Shown: one piece after another, positions 26,618-38,830 of the stretch
Layout of the letters: each line of letters begins with the position of its first letter
Numbering within the stretch: position 1 is the stretch's first letter
Assembly (NCBI RefSeq): GCF_001194135.2
Contig: NC_068983.1
Location: 17,803,905 to 17,867,904, forward strand
Origin: Octopus bimaculoides
Taxonomy: Eukaryota
DNA: 64,000 nt
Direction: 5' to 3'
The notes under the pieces: model-generated
The model's input: the letters and a program-made list of their open reading frames with translations, nothing else
What the model was told of the DNA's origin: nothing
The model's database searches: none
Translations under genes and position numbers: made by a program

Positions 26618-26790
26618 TACATGCAAGCATATATGGTTACAGGACATCACAAAAAACGTTAAACACAATGAGAAACGAAAGCATAAAGACGGAAACAGTA
26701 AACGAACTTTTTTTCGGACAACGAAAAAAACAGAGAAACGAGACATGCAACATAAAGAATATTACCCTTCTTCAGTTGTCCTTGCTCCAT
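26618..26790. repeat. Dispersed repeat family C (copy 2)
   Basis: Near-identical to 14160-14325. Confidence 0.85.
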
Positions 26791-26991
26791 CTACTCCGCG
26801 TATATATGCATACACAGAAAACACTCATATGCTCATATATATGTAATCTATTTAGTAGATATAGGAATAGGGAGCAAGCTGTTTCTCAGAAGATTGAAAA
26901 AAACGTAATAAACAACCTTAATCGAGTTTTCGAAACTTATAGAACTCTCATCAGATTTGTTTACATCAGCTTGATTAATCCCCTCTCTCTC

Positions 26992-27039
<48 letters not shown>

Positions 27040-27089
27040 ATGCGTGTGTTTGAGTGTGTATGTGTGTGTTTTCGTATGTGTTTATGATG

Positions 27090-29666
27090 GCTCTCTCAGG
27101 CATGTTCTCAGTCATGGAGTCAGCTACTGTTACCAGCACGGAGGACGACAGAAACATTTCACAGGCAGTAAAAATTCTAAATGATAACGCAATTCTGCAA
27201 AGAGATCTCAACGCAATATAAAAGTCTGGCGACTTATATAAAAATCCTTAGTCATATCATGTCAATATTTGAGCCACAAAGAGGCGGGGGTCACAGAGTT
27301 CATATGTTTGCAGCAATACAGCCAGCAAATGTGTCCACGTACTCCTTGGTGAGTGTGAGGTGGCGGCCTCTGCCAGAGTTGAATCCCGCTGGGAACCATC
27401 TTCCAGTAATCCAGATTTATTGCAGGCTTCCCTTTATGTAGCGCCATCATGTCCTTCAACAGTTTTTAGGTCAACGAAACTCGTTGGTCCTCTGAACAGA
27501 TGCAAAAGAACGGAGGTAGAAACACTCTTGCTGGCGGCGAGCTGGCAGTAACGTTAGCACACCGGACGAAATGCTTAGCGGTATTTCGTCTGCCGTTACG
27601 TTCTGAGTTCAAATTCCACCGAGGTCGACTTTGCCTTTCATCCTTTCGGGGTCGATAAATTAAGTACCAGTTACACACTGGGGTCGATGTAATCGACTTA
27701 ATCTCCTTGTCTGTCCTTGTTTGTCCCCTCTATGTTTAGCCCCTTGTAGGTAATAAAGAAATAAGAAACACTCTTGCTGGCTTGGGTGCATTGTGTAAAC
27801 TCGACCTAGACAACTGTCAAATTTTATGCCCCGTTGTCCACCAACAGGTTGACCTGCCTGTCTTTGTGTCCATTTCTTTGTTCCATGTGTAGTAGGATGG
27901 TACCTGTGGATACAGCAAAGTTCTAGCAAACGGATCTACTCGACAAATCTTGAAAAACGCGGTCAGAGTGGTATCTTTTGGTTCTTGTGCCAAGTGAGCA
28001 GCAGTCGCAGTAGTAACGTACACTCTGACCATTTTCAAGATGCACCGCAAGCTGCTCAATAGCTGGATGTCTTTGGTGCAGAGGGAAGCTGAATACGCAC
28101 CAAAAGACTTCGTTACTACTGATACAACGACCCACTTGGTACTGAATTACATTATCTCGATTGTTGTCGTTTTGAAGGCAAAACATAACAGCATCGGAAC
28201 CCTTATCCGCGTACTTACAGACGTACTTGATGGACTTGACAGAGTTGCAGAACTCAACGTTGTTGTTGGCGTCGAAAACCTTTTGTAGAAGAGAGCAATA
28301 AGGAACTATTCATCTATTGTCAATTTCACACTGGCCAACTTTTGCAGTGGATGCTCCATCTTCAGATCTTCTTCGTCTGTACAATGGATACCCATTGTTC
28401 TCATTCTCTGTTTCGAGAAGCAACTGTCGGGGTTTAGTTGTCTGAACGAAGTCGCTTCTGATTTAACCTTATGAAGCACAGCCTTTTCGACACCATTTTC
28501 GCAGTCATGTCAACGGCAGAAGAGGCCTCACGAACGATGTAGGTGGTTGAACGAATTTGGGCGAATCATAAAAGGAAGCGTGTAGAAGGCCATGCAAGAA
28601 ACTGACTTGGTGGTTTGTTCGTCGGGATTGTTGGTATTATACTGTGGAATACCGAAATGGTATCCAACCTCACTATTCACGAACAGCAGTGAATGCTGCA
28701 AAGCATCGTATGATCTGTGTGTTTCACAAATTCTTTGTAGAGTGTTATCATGACATTTGAGAACAATGTCTCGTTTGCGAGGCTGTTCACCATGAGGAAC
28801 ATCGGCGACCTCATTACAGGAAGGGGCTTTGTAGTGCCCAGCATGCTCTCCGGTCGGCCATTGGTCAGCATTAAATATGACATTGAATTTTGGTGAGGTC
28901 GATGCTTCTAAGGCATACTTGAAGCTCTGAACGTAGCTGTTTTGCGTACAGCATATCCTGAAGCTGAAGTATAAACTCCTTTCTGGTTCCGAATGAAATT
29001 GAGTCTCGCTTGTTCGTGATAGTCACCAATAAAGTATAAAGTTGAAGAAATTGAGGCTCTTCATCAACAGAAGGCTGGAGTGGTCCAATCCTATGTTAAA
29101 CCTGTCCCTGTACTTTAAAAGTAGGCATAAAACCATCATCACTGACAATGTTTGCCCCCGAAAGATGTCATCTGAAACGCGCAATTGTACTTTCTGATGT
29201 TGTTGCGGCATTGTTTTAAATTTGATAATGAACCTAATAGAAGTAACTTCAATAGTTGAGCTGGATCCTCGAGGATGGGTAATCTAACCTTACCATTAAA
29301 GCAACACATTCCAGAACTTTCTCCTGACCACATTTTGGCGGAGCAGTGTTGGCAAATTACGGACATACTACCAATCAGTATTTTAGGTAGAACAGCATAG
29401 TTACAATTTGGATCATATTTGAACTCCTTATACGACCATCATGAAGAACATACCCTTGAAGCACCCTGCCTAGTAGCTCTACGTATTACATTACCCTCAA
29501 GCCGGTTACCTCGATCAGTTGGGGTTTCGGAAGCTCTAGCAGCAGCAGTTGCAGCAGCTCTGTTCAGACAGACTGTACGCTGTCCGTCAGTTTCTGCTGC
29601 TAAAGCAGCGGCAGCTCCTGCAACATTTCTCTTTTGACGTTTCAAACGCTGCTCATCGGTAGCCAT
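27090..29666 (-). mobile_element. Helitron RepHel remnant, internally deleted, lacking the helicase
   Basis: CQHCSAKMWSGESSGMCCFNGKVRLP, NIRKYNCAFQMTSFG, HRSYDAL, GYPLYRRR, VKSIKYVCKY, RHPAIEQLAVHLENGQ, RGPTSFVDLKTV and DPASLWLKY occur in RepHel order. Confidence 0.9.
27536..27763 (+). mobile_element. Full-length SINE family B with 18-bp TSD, inserted in the Helitron
   Basis: agaaacactcttgctggc is present at 27518-27535 and 27764-27781. The Helitron reading frame continues across the insertion (QQECF-YLR). Confidence 0.92.
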
Positions 29667-30999
29667 TGTTCTTAGAAATAGCTCATCTCAAAGCATTTTT
29701 GGTTAACCTACTATTAGTATCCTCTGGTGTTTCATTAGCTCGCCTTATTTACAACTTCGAAACTCGTGCAGTGTTGCGCCCTATTCAAGATCGAGATCGT
29801 TTAGGAATGATTATTGGATATTTTTGAATCGACAAAAAAAAAAAAAAAAAAAAAAAAAAACTTACACGCCAATGGTGACAAATACAAATAGATTTTTACA
29901 CCTTGTGCATTCCAGCACTACATGGGAACCGAAACATGGCTAATACAGTATTTAGTATATTGGATTGTTTAAGTATATGTCAAAAGGTAAACGAGCTATG
30001 CAATGGAATGATAGTTTAAATGAGTGGCAAGCTTATCTATAAATACTATTTATAGGCAAAAAAAGTTTATAATGAATTTGCAAATAGTTTTTAATAAAAA
30101 AAAACGGAAATGAAAAGTAAAATAGGATAAGATGTATAGGTTTGGGATATTTGAATATGGTTGTAAGCCTGGTTAATTATGCTGGAATTAATTGGTAGAA
30201 GTTAAAGGCCGATTAAAAAAAAATAGAAGGCAATATCAAATACTTACCAAGAAGGTGCGATTTCTGCAACTGAGCTTCAGGTTTTGTTGACACATATTAC
30301 GTGTAAGCGTTCATGAAATAATAAGTATTGATTTTCCTAATACAACTTGTATGCAGAAATCAATAGTGCATACAATCAATAGTGCACACAAATTTGATTA
30401 AACCTTGAAAAATGCACGTATGATTTAATTGCAGTGACGAAACACTGTATCCAGTTAGATAAGATGAAGAAATTTCGCGAGCTGTCTTTAAAATCGCATT
30501 ATTATGTTTTACACAGTGTAGTTTGTTATGGATTGTTTAAAAAACGATGCGTCTCAGTAAAAACAGGAGTTTTAAGTAAAAGCGTAAAAATATTGAAATA
30601 ATTAGGAATTTTTCATCTGAATCTGGTGCAAACTGACTGTAATCGCCAGAAAGTGTAGGATAAAAAACCCAGTTTAAACCACTTATTTAGGGCGTTTTGA
30701 ATTAAACATGTTCATACAAATTAAGAAATTCTGTTAGGAATTGAAATTTGAAGTTTCGACTAAGTTTCAACCCATTTAGTCGCGGATATTCCCCTTCTAA
30801 AGCGGATGATCCTGAAAAATGTTTTGCTTCAAACAGTTCTTGTTTCAAAGTTGATGTTGAATTGCAATCTGGAGTAAATTGGTACCAATAGGCAGACAGA
30901 GGTTATTGGCTAAACAACGACGCTGAGAAAAATAGCTCAAACTAATATTTTAAATTTTAATCAAGTCACAGAGGGAGCATACACACATGCAGGGACAAG

Positions 31000-32611
31000 C
31001 AACACATGAAAAATGAAATGAAAATGAATATAGTTACAATGAAAATGAAACGGCCATCTTGGCCCCGCTCCGAGATGAAACCGTGATTTCCCCTTTTTTT
31101 ACAGTTTAAGGGAAAAGTTTTTACATATGTTCTTCTAACCGAGATGGTTACGAGTTTTACTATTTTTTAAAAAACAAAATGTTTAACCAAAAGGTTTTTA
31201 TGAGTCTTTTGACAGTCTTTAAAACAAATCATAACTTACCACTTTTTTGTTATCTCAACATAATCCACCACCGAGGCACGAGGTTCAATCTCGACCTCCG
31301 GCCCCAGTGGATTCACTTCCGTGGGAAAGGCCTCCTTCAATGCGCTATAATTTACATCATCCATTAGGATACAACTCATGCTCTTGTCGTAACCTACTTC
31401 TTAAGTTCACTTTTACTATACCTTTCAGTTTTGAAATTCTTCTCACTAACTTTTGGGCTGTCCTATATGTCACTAGAAAAACCTTACTTCTGTGTATGTC
31501 TTGTATGTCTGTGCATTGTGACTGACTCTGTGCTTTTCTGTGTCTGTAATTCTGCGTTATCCTGTCATTGTCTGTCTATGATTCTCTGTCACTGTATGTC
31601 TATGTATTTGTGTGTTTGTGAGTCTGTATGTTTGTGTGCCTGTAAATCTGCGTGTTTCGTCTGTGTGTCTGTGTTTTTAGGCTTTTGTGATTCTGAATTA
31701 TCGTGTGACTGTTTGTATTTCTTTGTGTCTGCAAGCCTTTGTGTTTATGTGTCTGTGGGTCTGAATGTTTATGTGCTCGCAAGTCTTTGTTTTTGCTTGG
31801 TAATGAATTCTTATCTGTAGCATTTTTCACTGGAGGTCCTACTGGCGAACGTTTCCTGCTTTTCGTTGTAGGTTGGTTTACATCTTCCTTGGCTTTGTAG
31901 TTTTCTGTTCCATTATCGTTAGTGACCTCCTCCTCTCTCTTTTTCTTGATTTTACTTCCACAAAAATTACTATCTTGTTCTGTTATTTGATTCCGCTGTC
32001 TCTCCGCCATTATATTCTCCTGAATACTCCCCTCTACGATTTCTATTACTGCTCTAGGGCATCTCTTTCTTAAGTGCCCTCTTTTACCACATTCGTGACA
32101 CTTTTGGGGCCTCCTCTCCAACATTATCGCCAGCTTTTCTTCATTTGGTAGCTCTAAAGTTTCAGGTATTCCTTCATAATACTTCTGGCTCACTGCACAA
32201 ATTATCTCTATTCCATAGCTAATTTACTTGTTGGGTCCGGTTTATCATGCCCATCCTACAATCTTCGCCGTTTCCCTCCCTATCTTCGAAAAAAATCGCC
32301 GATATTATATATTCTGGTTCCATCCACGGTGAGATTCTTCCCACACTAATTCTAACAATCCGTTTGTCCAAACAGTTTAGCAGCAATGTCCATTTCTCCC
32401 CTTGTATCATCCTCGTGGAGGATTTTTCCGCCTCCTCCTCTGATACAAAGATTACCACTATAGACGCATATCTCTTCTCTCTCGTAATGAACGCTATGCT
32501 GTCTCCTATATGTCTTTCCGAATTGTTTTCTATTTCTTCCTGCGGTGCATTTTCAATTCTGTTTTTATTTGAAAATGTTCTGAATATTACCGTCTTCTTT
32601 CCCATTTTCAC
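31000..32611 (-). mobile_element. Second Tx1-like ORF1 (zinc knuckle) with 3' UTR, frameshifted
   Basis: CHECGKRGHLRKRC knuckle. VRISVGRISPWMEPEYI aligns with VRVEGIPPDIEVNWV of the 9.3-10.4 kb ORF1. The ttcatttt-rich 3' region is similar to that element. Confidence 0.75.
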
Positions 32612-32617
32612 TTTTGG

Positions 32618-33432
32618 TTAACCACCGAAACTAGCGAACGAGGAGAACATCCGTTTTGCCAGCGGAGGCCACATCCGTCCCCCATCGAGAAGAATCCAGA
32701 GATGCCTCAACCTTAGCGCAGATTTGCGCATCAACAGCCAAGGCATAGCTAGTCTTTCCTTTAACGGTCTTTTACAGTAAATAGAGCGTCTTACAAGTGG
32801 CTTCAAGCCTTCAACAAAAAAGCGAAAGAATTATCTTTCCAACTTGATCAACCACGAATCCGGGCAAGGAACGACGGTTAGGCGGTAGGTAATGACCGAT
32901 ACGATGAATACCTTGGCCACCTCTGCCCTCCCTTTCAGGGATATCCACCTCCAAGACCAGATCTTGACTATGTGTGCCACCCTGCTCGAAACCTCCGCCC
33001 GGTTCTTCTCTACCTGGAGGTCTGGACCAAACCAGACCCCCTAGCAACTTAACCAGTCCCTCCATTCCAACGTCCTACAACGCTGTCTGAAGGTATCGAC
33101 TCGCCCCTCCAGGTGCCGAGTTGCAAGCCGACTGATTTTTCCCAGTTAATCTTTGCTCCTGCCACCGTCTCGTAAACCTCAATTGCCTTGCCTACCTCCT
33201 GTACGTGTTCCATTCTGGTCACGCTGATGGCGATGTCATCCGCATAAGCTGAAACCGACTCTCCACATCCTGGCTCTCTCGGGATGCTACTCAACTTTCG
33301 CAGTAACGGTTCAAGAGCCATCACATACAAAAGCGGTGAGAATGGACACCCTTGGCAAACCGAGCATTTGATACAGAACGGTCTTGATAGAAAACCGTTC
33401 ACCCGAAAGATCGAGTTAACGTTTTCGTACAA
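32618..33432 (-). pseudogene. Tx1/L1-clade reverse transcriptase C-terminal fragment
   Basis: QGCPFSPLLYVMALEPLLRKL, SAYADDI, GAKINWEKSVGL and LRLRHLW, with frameshifts. Confidence 0.88.
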
Positions 33433-33479
33433 TTGTATTATCTACATAAGGAAGCCAAGGCTCAAGTCAAACTGTGCAA

Positions 33480-33655
33480 GAATACAGTTCTATATTTAAG
33501 AGATGAGGAATTATGTACATTATTTATATTTGACGGATATTTGTTCACATCTTGTTTGTTGTTAACACAACGTTTCGGCTGATATACTCTCCAGCCTTCA
33601 TCAGGTGTCTTGGGGAAATTTTGAACCTGGTTCTCATTCCTAAGGTATTTTTTGA

Positions 33656-33660
<5 letters not shown>
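33480..33660 (-). mobile_element. Penelope-type terminal repeat (non-autonomous)
   Basis: CTGATGAAGGCTGGAGAGTATATCAGCCGAAACGTTG architecture, typical of PLE pseudo-LTR ends. Confidence 0.6.
33564..33609 (-). ncRNA. Minimal type I hammerhead ribozyme motif (dimer-type)
   Basis: Stem I GACAC/GTGTT, CTGATGA+A, stem II GGCTG/CAGCC, GAAA, palindromic AACGTT in place of stem III, predicted GUU triplet. Confidence 0.55.
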
Positions 33661-33699
<39 letters not shown>

Positions 33700-33946
33700 T
33701 TATTATTATTATTAGGGTCACTGCCTGGAATAAAACTCGGAATCTTTGGGCGTCGAGTAGACATTGCGTCTCACTTTTTCATTCTTGCATATTATAATTT
33801 TATTTTAATTTTTCTTCTACTATTATAATTCGCTTTTATAATTTTTAGTTCCCTGATTTTATGTTTGTTGCGTTTTGTACCGTCTTTATGTTTTGTGATG
33901 TCTTAAAAATTCTTTGTATAGCCCTTTTGGGGTAATAAAGAAATCG

Positions 33947-34110
33947 GTATTTCGTCTATATTTACATTCTGAGTTCAAATTATGCCGAGGTCGACTTTGC
34001 CTTTCAGCATGTCGGGGTTGATAAAATAAGTACCAGCTGAGCACTGGGATTGATGTGATCGACTAGCCCCACTCACCCAAAATTTCAGGTCTTGTGCCTA
34101 TAGTAGGAGG
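33947..34110 (+). mobile_element. SINE family B lacking its 5' head
   Basis: Starts at ggtatttcgtc; gaggtcgactttgcctttc core; caggtcttgtgcctatagtag tail. Confidence 0.8.
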
Positions 34111-34434
34111 CTCTTCCCAGAGAAGAGAATATGTTACTTTAAGCATATATTTTCGAAACTGAATTGAATAAAATTTTATTCCATAATATTCTGTTCTGCC
34201 CATTAAATCTAGGCATAGATCAAACTGAGAACAAACCACTAATGACTTTTAATTGTCTTGATCTAACTCTGTCGATCATATGTTTTCATTTCACTAAGAA
34301 ACAATCTCCTGCAATAACTTTCCACAAAAATTAATAGAGAGATTAAGAGAGAGATTTCTTTCTCAAGAGAATATGATTGATTCCATAGAAGGCCTTGTTG
34401 AAATCAAGAGTCATGTCATCGAGGTTGGAATTCT

Positions 34435-34527
34435 TTGTTTGTTTGTTTGTTTGTTCCTTCCTTCCTTCCTTCCTTCCTTCCTTCCTTCCTTCCTTCTTTC
34501 TTTCTTTCTTTTTCTTCTTTCGTTCCT

Positions 34528-34570
<43 letters not shown>

Positions 34571-34600
34571 CTTCTTTCCTTCCCTCTTTCTTTCTCTCTG
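34435..34600. repeat. Compound tetranucleotide microsatellite (TTTG)(TTCC)(TTTC)
   Basis: Directly visible; it explains the KERK/FLS ORFs. Confidence 0.95.
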
Positions 34601-34789
34601 TGTGTCTCTGAATATATTTAAATTCTCATGAAAGTAGTGCAGAAGCTGTGTTAACCAGTCTTTGCCACGTGAAAACTGCGCGTAGGATTTAAGAGATTTA
34701 TTTTTCTTTTTGCTCTCTAGAAAATCAGTTATTCTTGATCTCACCACCTTCTCAAATATTTTAATGATATGAAAGGTGAGATTGGACGG

Positions 34790-36925
34790 TAATTTACTGC
34801 CAGAAATTACCCATCAATAAATTGACTATTAAATTCTTTTGAAGTTGACCTATTTGATCTTGTTAGAAACATTAAATTTTCAAAATATAAAACTCTAAAA
34901 TTCTTTCTACAAGGATCTTCGTACATACACACACACACACATACATACATACGTACATACATATCTGTGTGTATATATGAGTTGAGTAAGTGATATACTT
35001 ATTTATATAATATTGTAGATATATAATATTATATGGAGTGCGTGAATCTGTTGCTTGTCAATGTGTGTAAATATTTATTTTTAAAAGTTCTGTTGCGGGA
35101 GAATGATATAGTGAAGAATCTTCTATTTTGATAAACAAAATGAAACCCCTGGCAACGACAATAAATTTAGCTGTAAATCAAATAAGTGCCCATCAGTAAA
35201 TTGACTTTTCAATTCTTTTGAAGATGACCTATGTGCTCTTGTTAGAAACACTAAACTTAGAAACGCTATAATTCTATTTAGTAGGATGTTAATAAAAAAA
35301 AAAAATATGAGAAATACAATATTCTAGGAATATCAACCTGCATTTGGATAAAGCTGGAAACCTGCTCTAAGTGAATAACGGATCTCACTATTGTTTTGTC
35401 TATCATTTCTAACACAATTAACTATACAAAGAACATATGAGGTATTTGAATGGCATTAACAACGGAAGCCTCCGGAATACCTCAAATCTAAATAAACATA
35501 ATGAATCAGAACTACTCACTCTTGATCAGCCCTATTATATTCTTGAAGACCACAAAATTAATTTCAATGACGATCCATCAATAAGACTAATTAATCCTAC
35601 AGAATTGAGCTTAATTATAATTAGAAAACAATTTCTAGATAAGATTTTACCTAAGGTTAAGCAGGTTTCTCCATTAAGCTTTTCGAAAAAGACTCAAGGT
35701 CTCTAATTGATTGCTTTAAATCCTAACTTCGACATTAATGATTACTACGCTTCCATCACTAAAACTCGGTGAATTGAAGTACTTAACATTTCTAACATAA
35801 TTGTTACTATTACTGTTAATGAAATAGAAGTCTATAATGCAAACAAGAAAACCTGGCATCTATTACAACGGATCATTATGGATTAAAATTTCTTCTAGAA
35901 TCCTCTTCATTGACGGTATGAAAGGAAACTATTCAACTGAAATTAGCAATCTTAACTCTTTGTTCCTACTCTTTAATCTCAAAGATAAAGTCCACGGTGT
36001 ACAGGGTACTCTCCATAGTTACGGCCGTCTATTGCAGTTCACTACTTGTAACTTCTGGGCTATAGACAGGATTACAAAATATTTACATCACTTTTTAAGA
36101 ATGTACTACTACATATTGCATAGATATTAATCGCACAGTATGTAATTTATTTGATACAACTCTTAATACTGCTAATAATTTATACTATCCTATTCGCGAA
36201 CATAATAAATCACTGAATTATATGTATAGACATCTTAACTACCTAAGGGCTATTATAAATTGTTTAGTAAGGAATGTCTCACTTAAACATTATTATATTC
36301 CAGCTAATGGATAGATACTTAAATATTCTGCTACATATTACAATAAGACCTCATAGAAGCGCATGTAATAAAAGATATTTATCATACTAAATCAAACACC
36401 AGAGCAGTTAGTCGTTGGAATAGAAAAATGAATAATCGCTGGTTCAACTTTCCGCGTAATTTGCATGTTACCACCCCTCAGTTTAGACAACTTCAACCGC
36501 AACCGTGTTTTGTAATGCATTTAATATATGCACGATCAAAATCTTGCATTCTACAGCATCTAACTTTCCTCAAATTATGCCTTGTGTCTAAAATATATAA
36601 CTGCATTGTAATAGAAAAAGCCCGTTAAATCCTAATTGCTTAGGAAAGAACATTGTATACCAATGTAATGCCCATATTGCAAATTCAGCGAATACATACG
36701 TTGGTGGTTCTATTGCTAAGGAAATTAAGGCATGAAATAGAAGTCTATAATGCAAGCATTAAAACCTGGCATGTATTACAACGGATCATTATGGACTAAA
36801 ATTTCTTCTAGAATCCTCTTCATTGACGGTATGAAAGGAATCTATTCAACTGAAATTAGCAATCTTAACTGTTTCTTCCTACTCTTTAATCTCAAAGATA
36901 AAATCCACAGTGTACAGGGTAGTAT
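34790..36925 (+). mobile_element. Decayed Penelope-like element RT region with internal duplications
   Basis: FEDDL..LVRN, LEDHKINFNDDPSIRLINP, FDINDYYASI, MQTRK..YYNGSLWIK and WFNFP remnants. Approximately 34790-34900 recurs at 35185-35290, and 35819-36007 recurs at 36733-36920. Confidence 0.75.
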
Positions 36926-37954
36926 TAACCTTAGGTAACATAAACACACCTTTCATGACGTCTCTTCTCTTTCATATGAGCACAAAATTGGCAGCCTAAT
37001 TTTTGAATGAGAGTCATATTAATTCTCGATAAATTTGTTATTTTGAGCACAACGTTTATATTAATCCAAGCAGAAGTAACGCATAGCCTGTCTTAAAATT
37101 TTCTCTGCATTTCATAATCCACCATAACAAAAATAATACACATATACGTGTGTTTAATGTGTGCGTGTGTATGTGTGTACATGTGTGTGTATATATCTAT
37201 GGTTACACATACACACATATTGGAAATTTCAGAGTGTACTGAGGAAGACAATGAAAAGATTTGCGCAAGTACGTGGAAGAGGCGCATAAATATAAGGACC
37301 GAGTCTTGAAGGCTCATTATAATATCATTATAATATCATAGCCTCAATGGGGCTAAAAAGAAATGCCTAAGAAATGGACCATTTAATCTTGACACAAAGC
37401 GGCAGAGAAAGCTAGCAAGTATCTCTAGATTATGAAATCTGTTCTGTGGGTCTGGTTTATGTGTTTTGATCTGTATGAATGTGCCTGTAGTCGTATGCAT
37501 AAATTTTTGAGTGCATAAATTTATGTGTTCATAAATTTTTGTGCGCTTCTGCTTCAACAGCTGCTTGTTCAAGTGCACAAGTTTGGATATGAGCTTAACT
37601 ATTTTATGTATATTTGTGTATACAGGTCTTGTATATGACTATGTGTATATGACTATGTGTATATTTTCGCATATATATGCGTTTATAAGTGTCGCCGTTT
37701 TGTATATATGCTCGAGTGTCTCTCTTCGTGTGTGTCCGTTTATAAATCTCATTTGTGTGTTTGTGTGAGTTTTTGTATGTGTGTGTGTAAGTGTGTCCTA
37801 GCATGTCTTTGTCAGGGCGTGTGCATCTTTCTTTTAGCTTTTACTTTTATCAGTTATTGGACAGTGACCATGCTGGGGCACTGCTTTGAAGGTGTTACTC
37901 GACCAAGTCGACTACCTTATTGTTTAACTGTTTATAACACATACACACGTGTAC

Positions 37955-38027
<73 letters not shown>

Positions 38028-38289
38028 ACGTAACATAACACACACACACACATATATGACCATACCACTTCGCCACGCCGCAGTTACACATATTAAGTGC
38101 AGAAATACTTCCAGTTGCGTCAAGCAAGGTCACTGGTTCTGACAATGTGTTTTTAATCACGCCCAGGTTTTGTGTCCCAGGTTCTGCTCTTAACCAGAAT
38201 AATGTCTTTAATCTCACAATCTCTACAGAAAAGTATGATGATATTTTGAAGCACGTCTCAGTGTGTCCCATTTGAAAGAAAAACAATCC

Positions 38290-38830
38290 TGCTGTTTCAT
38301 CTATCTATCGTCCTCTTGTTCTCACTTCTAACATCTCTAAGATAAAAAAGACAGTCATTTACAGTGACATTCGCTGACACATTAAATCCCTCTCTCCCCT
38401 CAGTGACCCCCAGCATGTGTTCTGCGGAACCAGATCAACTCGCAATTTTCTCTCTTAAATAAGAGCCCATTCACCAGTGGGCTCTCGTTTTAGAAAAGTG
38501 TAGTGAAAGAATGTTTATGTCTTAGACAACAATAAATCCCTCAACTCTAAGTGGGATGCAAATCTGTCAAAACGTCTCGCATACGAGCTACACCTTCCTC
38601 ACTTTCCTTGAATCTTTGTGTTCTGTCTTATGCCAGCATCGTGACTGTGTTGCCGGAACTCTTTCTGCCTCACTCTCGGTCATCTCTGGTATTCCCCAGT
38701 TCGCAGTTTATTCCCGCCTTTCTTCCTTTTATTTATCAATATTTTATTTGCTACTGGATGCAACAACCTTCAACTCTAATATAGATGACGCTTCATTCTT
38801 CCTAAATTTCCTTCGCCATTGATCATTCGC
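38290..38830 (+). pseudogene. CR1/L2/Jockey-group RT fragment
   Basis: IYRPLVLTSNISKI, LSDPQHVF..TRST and VAGTLSASLSVISGIPQ. Confidence 0.7.
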
